From positions 1 to 64,000 of IMG/VR virus record IMGVR_UViG_3300028840_001395: a stretch of DNA of 64,000 nucleotides; one strand, given 5' to 3'. Positions 37,507 to 46,886 of this stretch are shown one piece after another. Under the pieces are notes generated by a model. The model saw nothing but the letters and a program-made list of their open reading frames with translations, was not told where the DNA came from and made no database searches. Each line of letters begins with the position of its first letter. The stretch's first letter is position 1. Position numbers and translations under genes: made by a program.

Positions 37507-38673
37507 TCACCGGAGCCACGCCGCAACGGTCAGGTACTCGTCGCCGCCCTTGCCTTCCTCGTCCGCGAACAGGACATCCACGAACCGCAGGTAGCCACCC
37601 TTCTTGCGACGGCTGACGCCGAACTTGATGGTGTCCGACTTCACGAAGTCGAGGATCTTGGTCAGGTTCGGGTAGGCCAGGGTGAAACCCTCATCCGGGA
37701 GAGGGTCAGCGTCGGGCTCGGAGCCCGACTCCACACAGGTCACCTTCTGCTCCGCCGTCCCACCCGTGGCGGTCTGCATCGAGAGGATGACAGGCCGCTC
37801 CGTGTCGTCCGGGTCGCCGGGTCGGGTGAAGCGGAGGCGGTCATCCTCTCGCTGGGCACCCGACTCCAGGAAGGGGATGGCGTTCCGAAGCTCCTCGGTG
37901 TCGAGCACCCACCAGTGCGGATCCTTGTCCGGAGGGCGGTTGAAGACCGGGAAGTTGGCATCGAACCGGCTCTCCTCGAACACGGCCCCGTCCGACCGGC
38001 GGAGGAACAGGCACTTGTCGTGCTCCAGCACTTCCACGTCGTCCTTGATCGTGGCCAGGAAGCTCAGGATGGCCCCCGCATCCTTGGAGTGGACGCGCAT
38101 CGAGGAGTCCTTGAGAGCCGCCACCGACACCAGGGTCGCCGTCCGCTTGTTCGTGCTGGCGAGCACCCCCTCCTTGACCTCGCAGACGCACAGCTCCGGC
38201 TGACGGCTCTCGTCCGCCGACGCGAAGTTGCGGGAGTAGTCGATGGCCCGGTGCAGCCGCTCGGCGGGCATCAGGGCGATGATCTTGGCATCCCCCAGCG
38301 CCTTGTCCCAGAACGGGAACTTGCTCGGGTCGAGCGACTGGAACTTCTGCGTGCCCTTGCCAGGGCAGACCGCCTCGACCACGGCCCCGTCGAACTCGAA
38401 GGTCAGGGCAGCGTCCGGCAGCTTGCTGAGCCACTTCTTGAGCCGCCAGCCCTCGATGGTGAAGGCGTCGAAGTCCGACTCATCCACTGTCGCTGTCACC
38501 GGGCACAGGGCCGAGATGCGGGTCGAGTAGGTCATCACCTGGATCTTCTCGCGGTCGGCGGGATCACGCCGGAACAGGAAGTGAACCGACAGATCGCTGC
38601 CCGTCCCTGCCAGGCATGAGGCCACCACGTCCAGCGCGTTCTCCAAATCCTGCTTCGCCACCTGAATCTTCAT
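37507..38673 (-). CDS. dnaN: DNA polymerase III beta sliding clamp
   Basis: 388 aa; MK..V.K.DL..AL, NFASADESR.PEL, ASTN, ANFP patterns of the beta clamp. Confidence 0.8.
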   Translation of the reverse strand: MKIQVAKQDLENALDVVASCLAGTGSDLSVHFLFRRDPADREKIQVMTYSTRISALCPVTATVDESDFDAFTIEGWRLKKWLSKLPDAALTFEFDGAVVEAVCPGKGTQKFQSLDPSKFPFWDKALGDAKIIALMPAERLHRAIDYSRNFASADESRQPELCVCEVKEGVLASTNKRTATLVSVAALKDSSMRVHSKDAGAILSFLATIKDDVEVLEHDKCLFLRRSDGAVFEESRFDANFPVFNRPPDKDPHWWVLDTEELRNAIPFLESGAQREDDRLRFTRPGDPDDTERPVILSMQTATGGTAEQKVTCVESGSEPDADPLPDEGFTLAYPNLTKILDFVKSDTIKFGVSRRKKGGYLRFVDVLFADEEGKGGDEYLTVAAWLR

Positions 38674-38942
38674 GCTTCCTCCAGAAACGGGCGCACCTCA
38701 CCCTCAGCGGTCTCGATGCGCTGCGTCAAATCCTTCACTTCCTGGTCGAACCTATCTTCGAGCTTCTCGATGGCCCCGTCGAGCTTCTCGGGGGCCACCT
38801 TGCGCTTCTTGCATTCGGCCTCGATGCTCTCCACGTCCTCGCGGGCAGCCGTCAGACGCCCCTTGACGTTGCTCACGCTTTCCTTGGCGTCATCCCGGCG
38901 TCCCAGCAGGGCATCGAGCATCGCACGCTTCTCATCGGCCAT
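38670..38942 (-). CDS. Small coiled-coil protein
   Basis: Heptad pattern across 90 aa; GGAGG RBS. Confidence 0.7.
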   Translation of the reverse strand: MADEKRAMLDALLGRRDDAKESVSNVKGRLTAAREDVESIEAECKKRKVAPEKLDGAIEKLEDRFDQEVKDLTQRIETAEGEVRPFLEEA

Positions 38943-38962
38943 TTCAACCTCCGCAGCTAGTC

Positions 38963-38995
38963 CTACTACCCCTTGTCTCCGGAAGTTGACCCCCC
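38963..38995 (-). promoter_or_regulatory. Putative middle promoter GGGGGTCAA-N16-GTAGTAG
   Basis: Same bipartite motif and spacing as copies at 50708, 52040, 54946. Confidence 0.6.
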
Positions 38996-39973
38996 ATCGA
39001 AACTGAGAAGCTGGAATCCCTCCACACCGTCGAGCATCTCATCGGTGTTCCGGGGCTTGCGGCGATTCTTGGACTTCTGGGCCTGGCGGTCGGGGCAGAC
39101 GCTCTCGTAGTCACAGAACCGGCAGGTCTTCCAGTGGGGCTTGGCGTCGAACTTCTCCTTGTCCATCGCCTTGCGGACATCCACGGCCCGCTGGGCGAGC
39201 CCCTTGACATCCTCCTTGGAACACTCGACCCACTCGATCCCCTCCTCCTTGACCTCGTTGCCCTCGTCGTCCAGCACGGGCTTTCCATCTACATCGAGGA
39301 CCGTCGCGCCGTAGGGGTAACGGTAGTAGCAGAAGCCCAGACGGTCAGGCATCTGCTTGTAGCACAGGTAGAAACAGAGGGCGTACCAGCGCAACTGGTC
39401 GGGGTCGGTGTAGGTCATCAACCCACCCTTGCCGTCCTTGTAACGCCGGGAGTTCTTGCCGTCGATGATGGTGACCCCGGTGTCCTCGCGCTTGACGATG
39501 AGGTCAGCACGACCACCGATGGGCGTGTACTTGTTGGCGTAGGCCACCATGTCCTGCTCGGCCTTCGAGTAGGGGCCGATGAGCCGATGGGCCTTCATGG
39601 TCTTCATGTAGCCCAACACCCCGGCCTTGATGACCTCCAGCATCTCTTCCCTGGGAGGGGCCTGTCGCCAGTCGATGTAGTTCCGGGCCGCTTCGAGCTT
39701 GAAGTTCTGCTCGCACATCTCCAGCAGCCGCTCGATGAGCTGATCCTTGGACAGGAGCTTCCACAGCTCGTCGTTGTAGAACCGCTCGATGACCCACTGG
39801 ATGACGACGCCCATCAGGGCGTGATGCCAGGACTTCTGGAAGGGCTTGGGCTTCTTCCTGCCCGGCCCACCACCGACATCGATGGCTCCCCACCCCTTCG
39901 ACCAGAGGAAATTCTGCGGGCAATCTTCATACTTGGCGAGGCTTGACCAGTAGAGCGTGAATTCCCGTGCCAT
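38966..39973 (-). CDS. PD-(D/E)XK nuclease, AddB/Cas4-like Fe-S type
   Basis: S.L..Y..CP, GRADL...IIDGK, QL..Y, C..C.Y...C. Confidence 0.85.
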   Translation of the reverse strand: MAREFTLYWSSLAKYEDCPQNFLWSKGWGAIDVGGGPGRKKPKPFQKSWHHALMGVVIQWVIERFYNDELWKLLSKDQLIERLLEMCEQNFKLEAARNYIDWRQAPPREEMLEVIKAGVLGYMKTMKAHRLIGPYSKAEQDMVAYANKYTPIGGRADLIVKREDTGVTIIDGKNSRRYKDGKGGLMTYTDPDQLRWYALCFYLCYKQMPDRLGFCYYRYPYGATVLDVDGKPVLDDEGNEVKEEGIEWVECSKEDVKGLAQRAVDVRKAMDKEKFDAKPHWKTCRFCDYESVCPDRQAQKSKNRRKPRNTDEMLDGVEGFQLLSFDGGSTSGDKG

Positions 39974-40026
39974 ACCACTCCTACCCTTTCTCCGAGGTAT
40001 CTTATCCTACCCCGAAGCGGGCGGAG

Positions 40027-41184
40027 TCAAACAGGATTTTCCACGGCCCAGATGAGGTTCTGACACAGCTCGTCCAGCTTGGCGAAGTCAGGTGTCCGGG
40101 GAAGAGAGGACTTCCGCCACACCTCGATGAGATCCTTGTCCTGCTCCTCGGCCCAGGAGTCGAGGTAGTCGAAGGCCCACTCGCCGTTGAGCACGCCCCT
40201 CAGCTTGGGCGCGTCGTGTACCCTCTTGACGATGACGTCACCCGTGGTGCCTATCTCCCGGCACATAGTCATGAGCCGGACAAGGTGCATCCCGTGCTTG
40301 GTGTCGTACCCGAACTTCTTCTCCAAGGCGGCACGGGCCGGGTTCCGGTGCTTCTTCCAGTTCTGGTAGTGCTCCCAGTCCAGCACGGCCTGCCGCCACT
40401 GCTTCTCCCTGGTGAGCATCTCCAGGAAGTTCTCCTCGTAGCCCAGGAGGCGTCCGGCGGCGGCGAACTGCTCGTCGTCCGCGATCTCCAACTCGGTCAG
40501 ACGACGGTACATCTGCTCCTTGACGTAGATCTTCTCGGCGTCGTCCATCTGGCCGAAGTCGATCTCCCAGGAGTCGATCTGCTTCTGGATGCGGCTCATC
40601 GCAGCGTTGAGCTGATCCTTGGAGATGGCCACCATGTCCGAGAGGCCGAACTCCGACCGCAGCGGCCTGTGGGTCGGCGGGTCAAGCAGCCAGCGGCGGT
40701 GCCGCTTGATGCGCTTGATCTGCGACATCGCATAGCCCCGGAAGCTGGCGCTGGCCTTCTTCGAGAGGAAGTCCTGCCGGGCGTTCCGAAGGATCTGGCC
40801 GACGTGGTTGCAAACCACGAGGTCATCGCCGTGGGCGAACAGCACATCGAGGATGTTCGGGTTGCAGGCTGCCGCCATCTGAACGAACTTGATCACGTTG
40901 AAGATGGTGCAATCGATGGGCTGCTTGACCTCCAGTTGGTCGAACTTGTGCAGGAAGCCCATCCGATACTGATGGGGCGGCACGCAGACGCCCTTGTAGT
41001 CGTAGTCCGAGTCGGGCCGATTCGTCCCGTAGGCCCGGCTGCCCGTGACCGCGACCAGAATCAGGCGGTCCTTCTCGCCCATCCACCTCATGTGGGAGCG
41101 GGACTTGTCGCTCAAGAGAGACGCAATGTTGAACAGGGTGTGGAGGTTGCCCTCGGCCTCCGGCCCCTTGACGATTCCATCCAT
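40027..41184 (-). CDS. RlaP-like (Pol-beta superfamily) nucleotidyltransferase
   Basis: GSRAYGTN.PDSD.D.KGV, NPNILD.LF, GYA..Q, GYDTKHGMHLVRL. Confidence 0.85.
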   Translation of the reverse strand: MDGIVKGPEAEGNLHTLFNIASLLSDKSRSHMRWMGEKDRLILVAVTGSRAYGTNRPDSDYDYKGVCVPPHQYRMGFLHKFDQLEVKQPIDCTIFNVIKFVQMAAACNPNILDVLFAHGDDLVVCNHVGQILRNARQDFLSKKASASFRGYAMSQIKRIKRHRRWLLDPPTHRPLRSEFGLSDMVAISKDQLNAAMSRIQKQIDSWEIDFGQMDDAEKIYVKEQMYRRLTELEIADDEQFAAAGRLLGYEENFLEMLTREKQWRQAVLDWEHYQNWKKHRNPARAALEKKFGYDTKHGMHLVRLMTMCREIGTTGDVIVKRVHDAPKLRGVLNGEWAFDYLDSWAEEQDKDLIEVWRKSSLPRTPDFAKLDELCQNLIWAVENPV

Positions 41185-41531
41185 CAGATCACCTCGTAAT
41201 CCTCCAGGGCCATCGGCCCTTCGAGCTTGAACGTGCCCTTCTGCTTCCCGTTGGGATCCCACCCCTGCGTCAGGGCGGAGAGAATGAGCTTCTTCGCGTC
41301 CTTGGGCGTCACCGCCGCCTTCAGATCCTCGTCGGGCATCTCCGGCCCACGGTCATGCACCATGAGCTTAGCCTGCAAGGTCGCCCCGTGATCCTTGATG
41401 TCCTCGTGGGCCAGGAACCAGACCACATCGGGAGCCGCTCCTGGAAGGGTCTTGTGGTGGTTCCCCAGCGCCCAGCGGAAAGCTCTGTCCTCGATCTCGA
41501 TGCGCCTCGACTTCTTTCTCGGTAGTGTCAT
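41184..41531 (-). CDS. Hypothetical protein
   Basis: SRRI.I....FRW; VTP.....LI..AL..GWDP. Confidence 0.7.
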   Translation of the reverse strand: MTLPRKKSRRIEIEDRAFRWALGNHHKTLPGAAPDVVWFLAHEDIKDHGATLQAKLMVHDRGPEMPDEDLKAAVTPKDAKKLILSALTQGWDPNGKQKGTFKLEGPMALEDYEVI

Positions 41532-41544
41532 GCGTCACCTCTTG

Positions 41545-41578
41545 CCTAGACTACTCTCTCGAAAGGTCTGATGAGCTA
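41545..41578 (-). promoter_or_regulatory. Island repeat/promoter copy 1
   Basis: cctagactactctctcgaaaggtctgatgagcta. Confidence 0.7.
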
Positions 41579-42127
41579 CTGTTTCCCCAGGTACTCCGGC
41601 GGAACATGATCGGTGAGCCAGACCCCATTGTCGCTCACGAAGAACTCGAAACCATCCCTGAACATCCGCCCAGCCTGAACCTTGAACATGATGGGGCGGC
41701 CCCCGCGTCGCAGACCCACCGTATGGGCGGTCTGTGGGTCCGGGGAGAGATGGACGTGGTGGCGCTCCATCTTCTTCAATCCCTCCCGCTCAATGGCCTC
41801 CCTCACCTTCGGGTAGCTCCCGTGGTAGAGATACTCGGGCGGCTCGGAGGGCTGGTATCCCAGGTTGACCTTGACGGAGTGGCCCTGGCTGGCCCGGATA
41901 CGCTTGCCATCCTCGGACATGGCGAACCGCTTCTTGTTGTTCTCGGCCACCGCTTGCAGGATGAGTTGCCGGGTCATCCAGTTCGGAGACTTCTCGACCA
42001 GCGTGTTGAAGTCCGTCCAGCCCTGGTCATCGAGGGTGATGCCGATCTTCTCGGGCTTGTGTCGGAGCACCAGGCTCATGAACTTGCTGGCCCTGACGAC
42101 CGGGTTCTGGCTTCTCTTGCCAGCCAT
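41576..42127 (-). CDS. kptA: RNA 2'-phosphotransferase (Tpt1/KptA)
   Basis: SKFMSLVLRH, KKRF, IRASQGHS, LYHGS, RHHVHLS, NGVWL. Confidence 0.95.
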   Translation of the reverse strand: MAGKRSQNPVVRASKFMSLVLRHKPEKIGITLDDQGWTDFNTLVEKSPNWMTRQLILQAVAENNKKRFAMSEDGKRIRASQGHSVKVNLGYQPSEPPEYLYHGSYPKVREAIEREGLKKMERHHVHLSPDPQTAHTVGLRRGGRPIMFKVQAGRMFRDGFEFFVSDNGVWLTDHVPPEYLGKQ

Positions 42128-42159
42128 CTTTCTATCTCCCGTGGGTGGCTGCCAGCACA

Positions 42160-42420
42160 TCAGGATTCGTGGAACTCGTGGCACTTCCCGCAGTACTTGT
42201 GGCGAACATCGTTGGGGTTGTAGGAAGTCATCCCGCACTTGAGGCACTTGATGGCCATATCCCCATGAGCACCCTCGACCGGGATGATCTTGTAGGTCTT
42301 GCGGGTCTTCTCCGCCGGGGGCTCGGCCTTGGGAGGAGGAGCCGCCCTCCGCGTCGGCAGCGGCGCTCTCCGGCCACTCCTGCTACGTCTGCCGCCTCTG
42401 CAACAACCCATCAGTGCCAC
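42160..42420 (-). CDS. Small zinc-ribbon protein
   Basis: IKCLKCG.TSYNPND....YCGKCH. Confidence 0.65.
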   Translation of the reverse strand: MALMGCCRGGRRSRSGRRAPLPTRRAAPPPKAEPPAEKTRKTYKIIPVEGAHGDMAIKCLKCGMTSYNPNDVRHKYCGKCHEFHES

Positions 42421-42755
42421 GTCACATTCTCGGGAATCTCATCGTCATCGTCACCGAAGATGCGATCCCAGCCGTCCCGATACGCCCTGGACGCTACGCG
42501 GGCAGGCCCCTTGTGACCTGTCCCCTCCTGGACCACCTCGACATCGTAGAGCGGACTGCCCTCACGCCTCTTGACGTTGATGATCTCCTTGCCGTCCATC
42601 TCTTCCTCGGTCATCGAGTCGGTGTTCTTGACCCTTCCGACCTCGATAGACCGCTGACCTTCCTCGTTCTGGCGAAGGCGCATGATCTGGGCTTCATCCT
42701 TGTCCTCACCGAGGATGATGGCCTGGTCGATCTTCTTGGCCTTCTTCTCGCTCAC
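42411..42755 (-). CDS. Hypothetical protein
   Basis: GGAGG RBS; AYRDGWDRIFG motif. Confidence 0.7.
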   Translation of the reverse strand: MSEKKAKKIDQAIILGEDKDEAQIMRLRQNEEGQRSIEVGRVKNTDSMTEEEMDGKEIINVKRREGSPLYDVEVVQEGTGHKGPARVASRAYRDGWDRIFGDDDDEIPENVTWH

Positions 42756-42786
42756 GACCTCGCCTCCGTGGAGGATTCTACCACAC

Positions 42787-43026
42787 CTATAGCCCCATGA
42801 CCTTGGATACGAACTTCTTCACGACCTCCACCACCTCGACAGCCGACCGATCTCCCCGGTCATAGGCATCGAAAGCCTCCCTGGAATAGGGGTCAGCCGC
42901 TCGGGCGTAGTCGAGGTAGTCCCGTTTCTTCTCCGCAGAGAGGTTCCCGCCCCAGGCTCGGACGAATGGCCCGAGATACCACTCACGGTGAGGACGGTCA
43001 CCTGGCCTGCACTCTCCCTCTGCCAT
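42787..43026 (-). CDS. Hypothetical protein
   Basis: ATG immediately after PNK stop. Confidence 0.5.
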   Translation of the reverse strand: MAEGECRPGDRPHREWYLGPFVRAWGGNLSAEKKRDYLDYARAADPYSREAFDAYDRGDRSAVEVVEVVKKFVSKVMGL

Positions 43027-43027
43027 G

Positions 43028-43999
43028 TCAGGCTCCGAAGAACTCGTGCGCCCAGGCGAACTGGAATCCACACCGCTCCGCGAAGGTCTTGTCCTTGGTC
43101 ATGTCGCCCACGAAAATGGTCTGGCTCGGGTCGAGCTTGTATTTCTCGATGAACCACACGCCCATGCCGGGGCACGGCTTCGGCCAGTACGACTGCGGGA
43201 CGCCGCCCCGCTCGGTCGAGTAGATGTAGTCGATGTCCACGCCCAGGAGCCGGTTGGTCTCATCGAACGCCTCGATGGCCCCCTGCTCGGGCACGTACTT
43301 CTTGTCACCCGGCTTCTTGGCGATGCCAGACTGGTTGCTGGCCCCACACAGGATGAAGCCCTCGCGCTGCTTGGCCTGGAGCAGATCCCGGCGACCATCC
43401 ATGATCTGCACCTCGACGGCGCAGGTCGGAGAGGGGTTGTCCGGGTTACTCGACGTGCGGAGGGTGCCGTCGTAGTCGAGGATGATGGCCCGGTTGGTGT
43501 AATCGTCTGGCAGGGTGATCTCGACCGGGACAGTCTCGATGGCCGTGAACCCCTCGGACTGCTCGGGCATCACCAGTCGCTTGAACCAGGCGAACTGGGC
43601 CACGGGCGGGAACATGTTGGGGTCATCCTTGTGAGCCTTGTAGTCCTCCTTGCGGAACAGCTTGCCGTAGCGCCGGATCTGACGCAGAGCGGCGAGGAAC
43701 TGGCACTGTTCCTTGGTGGCGTCCAGCCACACGAGCCGGACGGGGAGCCCCAGCTCCTGACCCACAGCCAGGAGCGTCTCTCGGGCCTCCACGGTGCCGT
43801 AGGTGTTGTCCAGGACGAACAACCGCTTGCCCTGTGCGTGCAGCTCGCGGACTCGCTGGTAGACCTGGCCTCCATCCTTGAGGGAGCCTCCCAGCTCGTC
43901 CCGGTTCACCCGGATGTAGCCCACCTTCTCGAAGCGTGCGGTCTCCCGTGTCTTGCCCGAAGCCATCGGGCCACCCACGGCCACAATTTCACCGCTCAT
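43028..43999 (-). CDS. Polynucleotide kinase / HAD phosphatase (PNKP-like)
   Basis: P-loop GPMASGKT, RVNRDELG, LDNT; HAD DYDGT, SNQSGI, KP.PGM, FVGD..D. Confidence 0.88.
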   Translation of the reverse strand: MSGEIVAVGGPMASGKTRETARFEKVGYIRVNRDELGGSLKDGGQVYQRVRELHAQGKRLFVLDNTYGTVEARETLLAVGQELGLPVRLVWLDATKEQCQFLAALRQIRRYGKLFRKEDYKAHKDDPNMFPPVAQFAWFKRLVMPEQSEGFTAIETVPVEITLPDDYTNRAIILDYDGTLRTSSNPDNPSPTCAVEVQIMDGRRDLLQAKQREGFILCGASNQSGIAKKPGDKKYVPEQGAIEAFDETNRLLGVDIDYIYSTERGGVPQSYWPKPCPGMGVWFIEKYKLDPSQTIFVGDMTKDKTFAERCGFQFAWAHEFFGA

Positions 44000-44012
44000 G
44001 CGATACCTCCTA

Positions 44013-44047
44013 CCTAGACTACTCTCTCGGAGAGCGAGATAAGCCTA
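44013..44047 (-). promoter_or_regulatory. Island repeat/promoter copy 2
   Basis: cctagactactctctcggagagcgagataagccta. Confidence 0.7.
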
Positions 44048-44821
44048 GTCCAGCAAGTCCATGATGTCGGTAGGTTCAAAATCATGGAGGGGTCTGTCCC
44101 CAGCAGCTTCCAGACGTTTCCGAGCCACATCGCAGTAGCCAGGCTCCTTCTCAATCAGGACATATCCCCGTCCCATCTGCTGGGCCACGACCCCCACAGT
44201 GCCGCTTCCGGCGAAGGGGTCGAGAACCACATCCTCGGGGTCTGTGTACACTTCAAGAACCCGCTGGACAAGAGACTCGGGGAAGGCTGCGGGGTGTTCC
44301 ACCGCCATGTGCTTCTCACCGACCGTGCTCCACACGGCCCGCTGGCTCAACTGGCGGTTCCTGATCTTCTGCTCCTTGGGCGCACCCTCGATCTTGCGGA
44401 AGGTGTAGAGGTGCTCGAACTCGGGGACAGGGCGAGGGGCAGAGATGGCGTGCTTGCCCCCGGTGATCTTGGAGAAGTCCTTGTGCCAGACCCGCTGGGC
44501 CTGGAGGACAAGTCCGTTGGCGAGGCCCTGCGACCAGTAGATCCAGCCCATCGGCATCTCGCACGGGGCCTCTGTCCCCAGAATCTCTCGGGCCGGGATG
44601 ATGTCTCCGAAGTTGAACACGGCGTAGCCACCACGCTTGAGGACGCGCCGACACTCCCTGAAGGTCTCGTTGAGCAGTTGCAGCAGGACGCCGATTCGGA
44701 TGTCCGGCTCGTAGTCCTTTCCAACCGCATAGGGCGGTGACGTGAACACGAGAGCCACTGATTCGGAGGGGATCTTGGGCAGCACGTCTTCACTACGACC
44801 ACAGATCAGAGTGTTCTTCAC
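44045..44821 (-). CDS. Orphan beta-class N4-cytosine/N6-adenine DNA methyltransferase
   Basis: N-terminal TSPPY, HPAAFP, C-terminal DPFAGSGT; GTG start 44821 with AGGAG. Confidence 0.9.
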   Translation of the reverse strand: MKNTLICGRSEDVLPKIPSESVALVFTSPPYAVGKDYEPDIRIGVLLQLLNETFRECRRVLKRGGYAVFNFGDIIPAREILGTEAPCEMPMGWIYWSQGLANGLVLQAQRVWHKDFSKITGGKHAISAPRPVPEFEHLYTFRKIEGAPKEQKIRNRQLSQRAVWSTVGEKHMAVEHPAAFPESLVQRVLEVYTDPEDVVLDPFAGSGTVGVVAQQMGRGYVLIEKEPGYCDVARKRLEAAGDRPLHDFEPTDIMDLLD

Positions 44822-45309
44822 GGGATCGGAACTCCTACGGACAAGAGCCAGGACAGGTCGAGAGTCCACTCATGGACGCTGCGCTCGTTCCAGATCCGGG
44901 CCGCATCGCGGACATGCTCCCGCGCCTGGCGCTCCGTCCAGCCGTTGACCTCCATCATGTGAGCGATGGCCTCGTCCGCGAACCCCTGGGTCTGGGTGAA
45001 CCCGAAGTGCTTGACCCCGTGGCAGGCCGGACAGAGCGCGATGAGCCGGACGAGTTTCTGGACGTGAGTCTTCTCATCGTAGTCCCAGATCTCGTGACAC
45101 TCGACTGGATGCTTCGGCCCCTTCCCACCACAGATCTCGCAGTGGTATCCGGCTGCCGCGTAGGTCATCTTGCGGAGCTTGTCCCAGTCCTTCCTCGGGA
45201 GGTCAGAGCGCAGGTTCTTCCCCCACGCCGTCGAGGGAACCAGTTCGACAGTCAGAGTCTCGGTCGGAGACGTGTCGTTGAGGTCGAACTCCTGAAAGCC
45301 GTCAGCCAT
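44818..45309 (-). CDS. HNH-like nuclease
   Basis: CEICG..ECHE.W...LCPACH.VKH. Confidence 0.8.
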   Translation of the reverse strand: MADGFQEFDLNDTSPTETLTVELVPSTAWGKNLRSDLPRKDWDKLRKMTYAAAGYHCEICGGKGPKHPVECHEIWDYDEKTHVQKLVRLIALCPACHGVKHFGFTQTQGFADEAIAHMMEVNGWTERQAREHVRDAARIWNERSVHEWTLDLSWLLSVGVPIP

Positions 45310-45823
45310 CTCCAAACCTCTCCCGAAGGCGCTTCCGGACGGCGGGGGGCACCATCCGATCCACCACCTCGCGCCAGCCGTTCGGGCCGATGAGTCCCTT
45401 GACCAGACTGGACGACACCTCGCAGTATTCACGGGGCGGAATGAGATACACGCTCTCGACTTCGGGGTCGATGTCCTCGTTGACGTGCCTCATCATCTTC
45501 TCGAAGGCCAGATCCTCGGCTGACCGGACACCCCGAACCAGATGCGTAGCCCCTACCTTGGATGCGTAGCGGACGAGGTAGTCGCCTCCGAATCCGGCAA
45601 CCTCGACCTTCTTGCCCTCGGGCCAGATGATGACCTTCTCCAGCAGCATGTCCACAGTCTCTTGGAGCATGTCCATGCGCTCCTCCAGACTGAACATCGG
45701 TGTCTTGTCCGGGTTGACCCCGACCGCGATCACCAGATCATCGAAGAGGGTGATCGCCTGTTGCATGACCCAGACGTGGCCCACGGTGGGAGGGTCGAAA
45801 CTGCCTGCGTAGATGGCTTTCAT
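45302..45823 (-). CDS. coaD: Pantetheine-phosphate adenylyltransferase
   Basis: AIYAGSFDPPTVGH, NPDK..MFSLEER, VRGVR...D..FE, VSSSLVK. Confidence 0.92.
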   Translation of the reverse strand: MKAIYAGSFDPPTVGHVWVMQQAITLFDDLVIAVGVNPDKTPMFSLEERMDMLQETVDMLLEKVIIWPEGKKVEVAGFGGDYLVRYASKVGATHLVRGVRSAEDLAFEKMMRHVNEDIDPEVESVYLIPPREYCEVSSSLVKGLIGPNGWREVVDRMVPPAVRKRLRERFGDG

Positions 45824-45834
45824 GAGACCTCCGC

Positions 45835-45869
45835 CCTAGACTACTCTGCCGAGATCGGGGATAAGCCTA
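45835..45869 (-). promoter_or_regulatory. Island repeat/promoter copy 3
   Basis: cctagactactctgccgagatcggggataagccta. Confidence 0.7.
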
Positions 45870-46886
45870 TGCCCCCGCCTTCTCCAGGTAGAGGATAGCC
45901 CGCTCTCGCACCTCGTCCTCGATCCCGTCCATCCCCTCAATGGTCTCCCGAAGTGACACGTCATCCTGTCGGGTGAGCACATCTCGGAGCCCCTCCACGA
46001 AGGTCTCGATGTTCATCTGTCGAGCCTCAGCCCGGACGCGACCCTCGATGTCGAATACCTCCTTGGCAGGCTGCACCCGCAAGGGCTTCTCCTCGATGCT
46101 GAAGACCTCCTTGCCTGGGCCGAAACGGAGGATCGCACAGGATGGCGTCCGTTTCAGGTCATCCTCGACCAGCGCCCCGCGAGCCAGGCTGCCGATGTTG
46201 ACCACCCACTTACCGTGGGCGATCTCGGTGACCCCCTGGTTCTTGTGCCAGTGTCCGAAGCACCACACGTCCGGGTCGAGGTTGGCCAGGTCAGAGTAAT
46301 TCAGCACATCCTCGGCCCCGAAGAATTCGCCCCCCTCCTCGCTGGCCAGACAGTGAGCCACCACGACCAGATGATCCTCGTCGCCCTTGGTGATAGCGTT
46401 GAAGCGGTTCACGTCATACTGGGTGCCGTGATAGGGAATGCCCACCACCCGGACGCGGAGCTTGGGCTTGGTCGTCCCGTCCACCTTCACCGCGTCCGGC
46501 CAGATCGTGAAACGGGCCTCGTGCTCATCGAACAAAGGCACGAACGTCCGGGTCTTGAACAGCACCCCCAGAGGGCTCTCTTCCAGGTATTCCAGGCTCC
46601 CGTACTTCACGTCATGGTTGCCCACGGTAGCATGGACTGTCACGCTCTGGTGGACTTCTGCGACCCGCTGGATGAGCTTGTGGCTGTTCCTGACCGGGCT
46701 CTTGATGTGAAAGAGGTCGCCGCCGTCGAGAATGGCCTCGGCATTCTCGTCCAGGGCGATCTCCACCGTCTGGGACAGCTTGTCCAGAATCGTAGCGGCC
46801 CAGTCGTCTGTCCGCGACTGGGGTGGTTGGTCAGCCAGGTGGGCATCGGAGCGCCAGATCAGGGTGATGGTGTCGTCAGTGCTCAT
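45867..46886 (-). CDS. sbcD: SbcD/Mre11-like metallophosphoesterase nuclease
   Basis: SDAH, GGDLFH, GNHD, AH, GHWH, NIGSL. Confidence 0.88.
   Translation of the reverse strand: MSTDDTITLIWRSDAHLADQPPQSRTDDWAATILDKLSQTVEIALDENAEAILDGGDLFHIKSPVRNSHKLIQRVAEVHQSVTVHATVGNHDVKYGSLEYLEESPLGVLFKTRTFVPLFDEHEARFTIWPDAVKVDGTTKPKLRVRVVGIPYHGTQYDVNRFNAITKGDEDHLVVVAHCLASEEGGEFFGAEDVLNYSDLANLDPDVWCFGHWHKNQGVTEIAHGKWVVNIGSLARGALVEDDLKRTPSCAILRFGPGKEVFSIEEKPLRVQPAKEVFDIEGRVRAEARQMNIETFVEGLRDVLTRQDDVSLRETIEGMDGIEDEVRERAILYLEKAGA

Noticed and set aside
38966-39973. Cas4-like nuclease as sign of CRISPR-Cas
   Set aside because: No cas1/cas2 or repeat-spacer array seen; fits a stand-alone phage recombination nuclease
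44045-45309. MTase plus HNH as a restriction-modification pair
   Set aside because: HNH belongs to a common stand-alone type; adjacency alone is insufficient
41545-45869. Island repeats as CRISPR or integron attC sites
   Set aside because: Kilobase spacing, no attC-like palindrome, no integrase in window; position fits promoters
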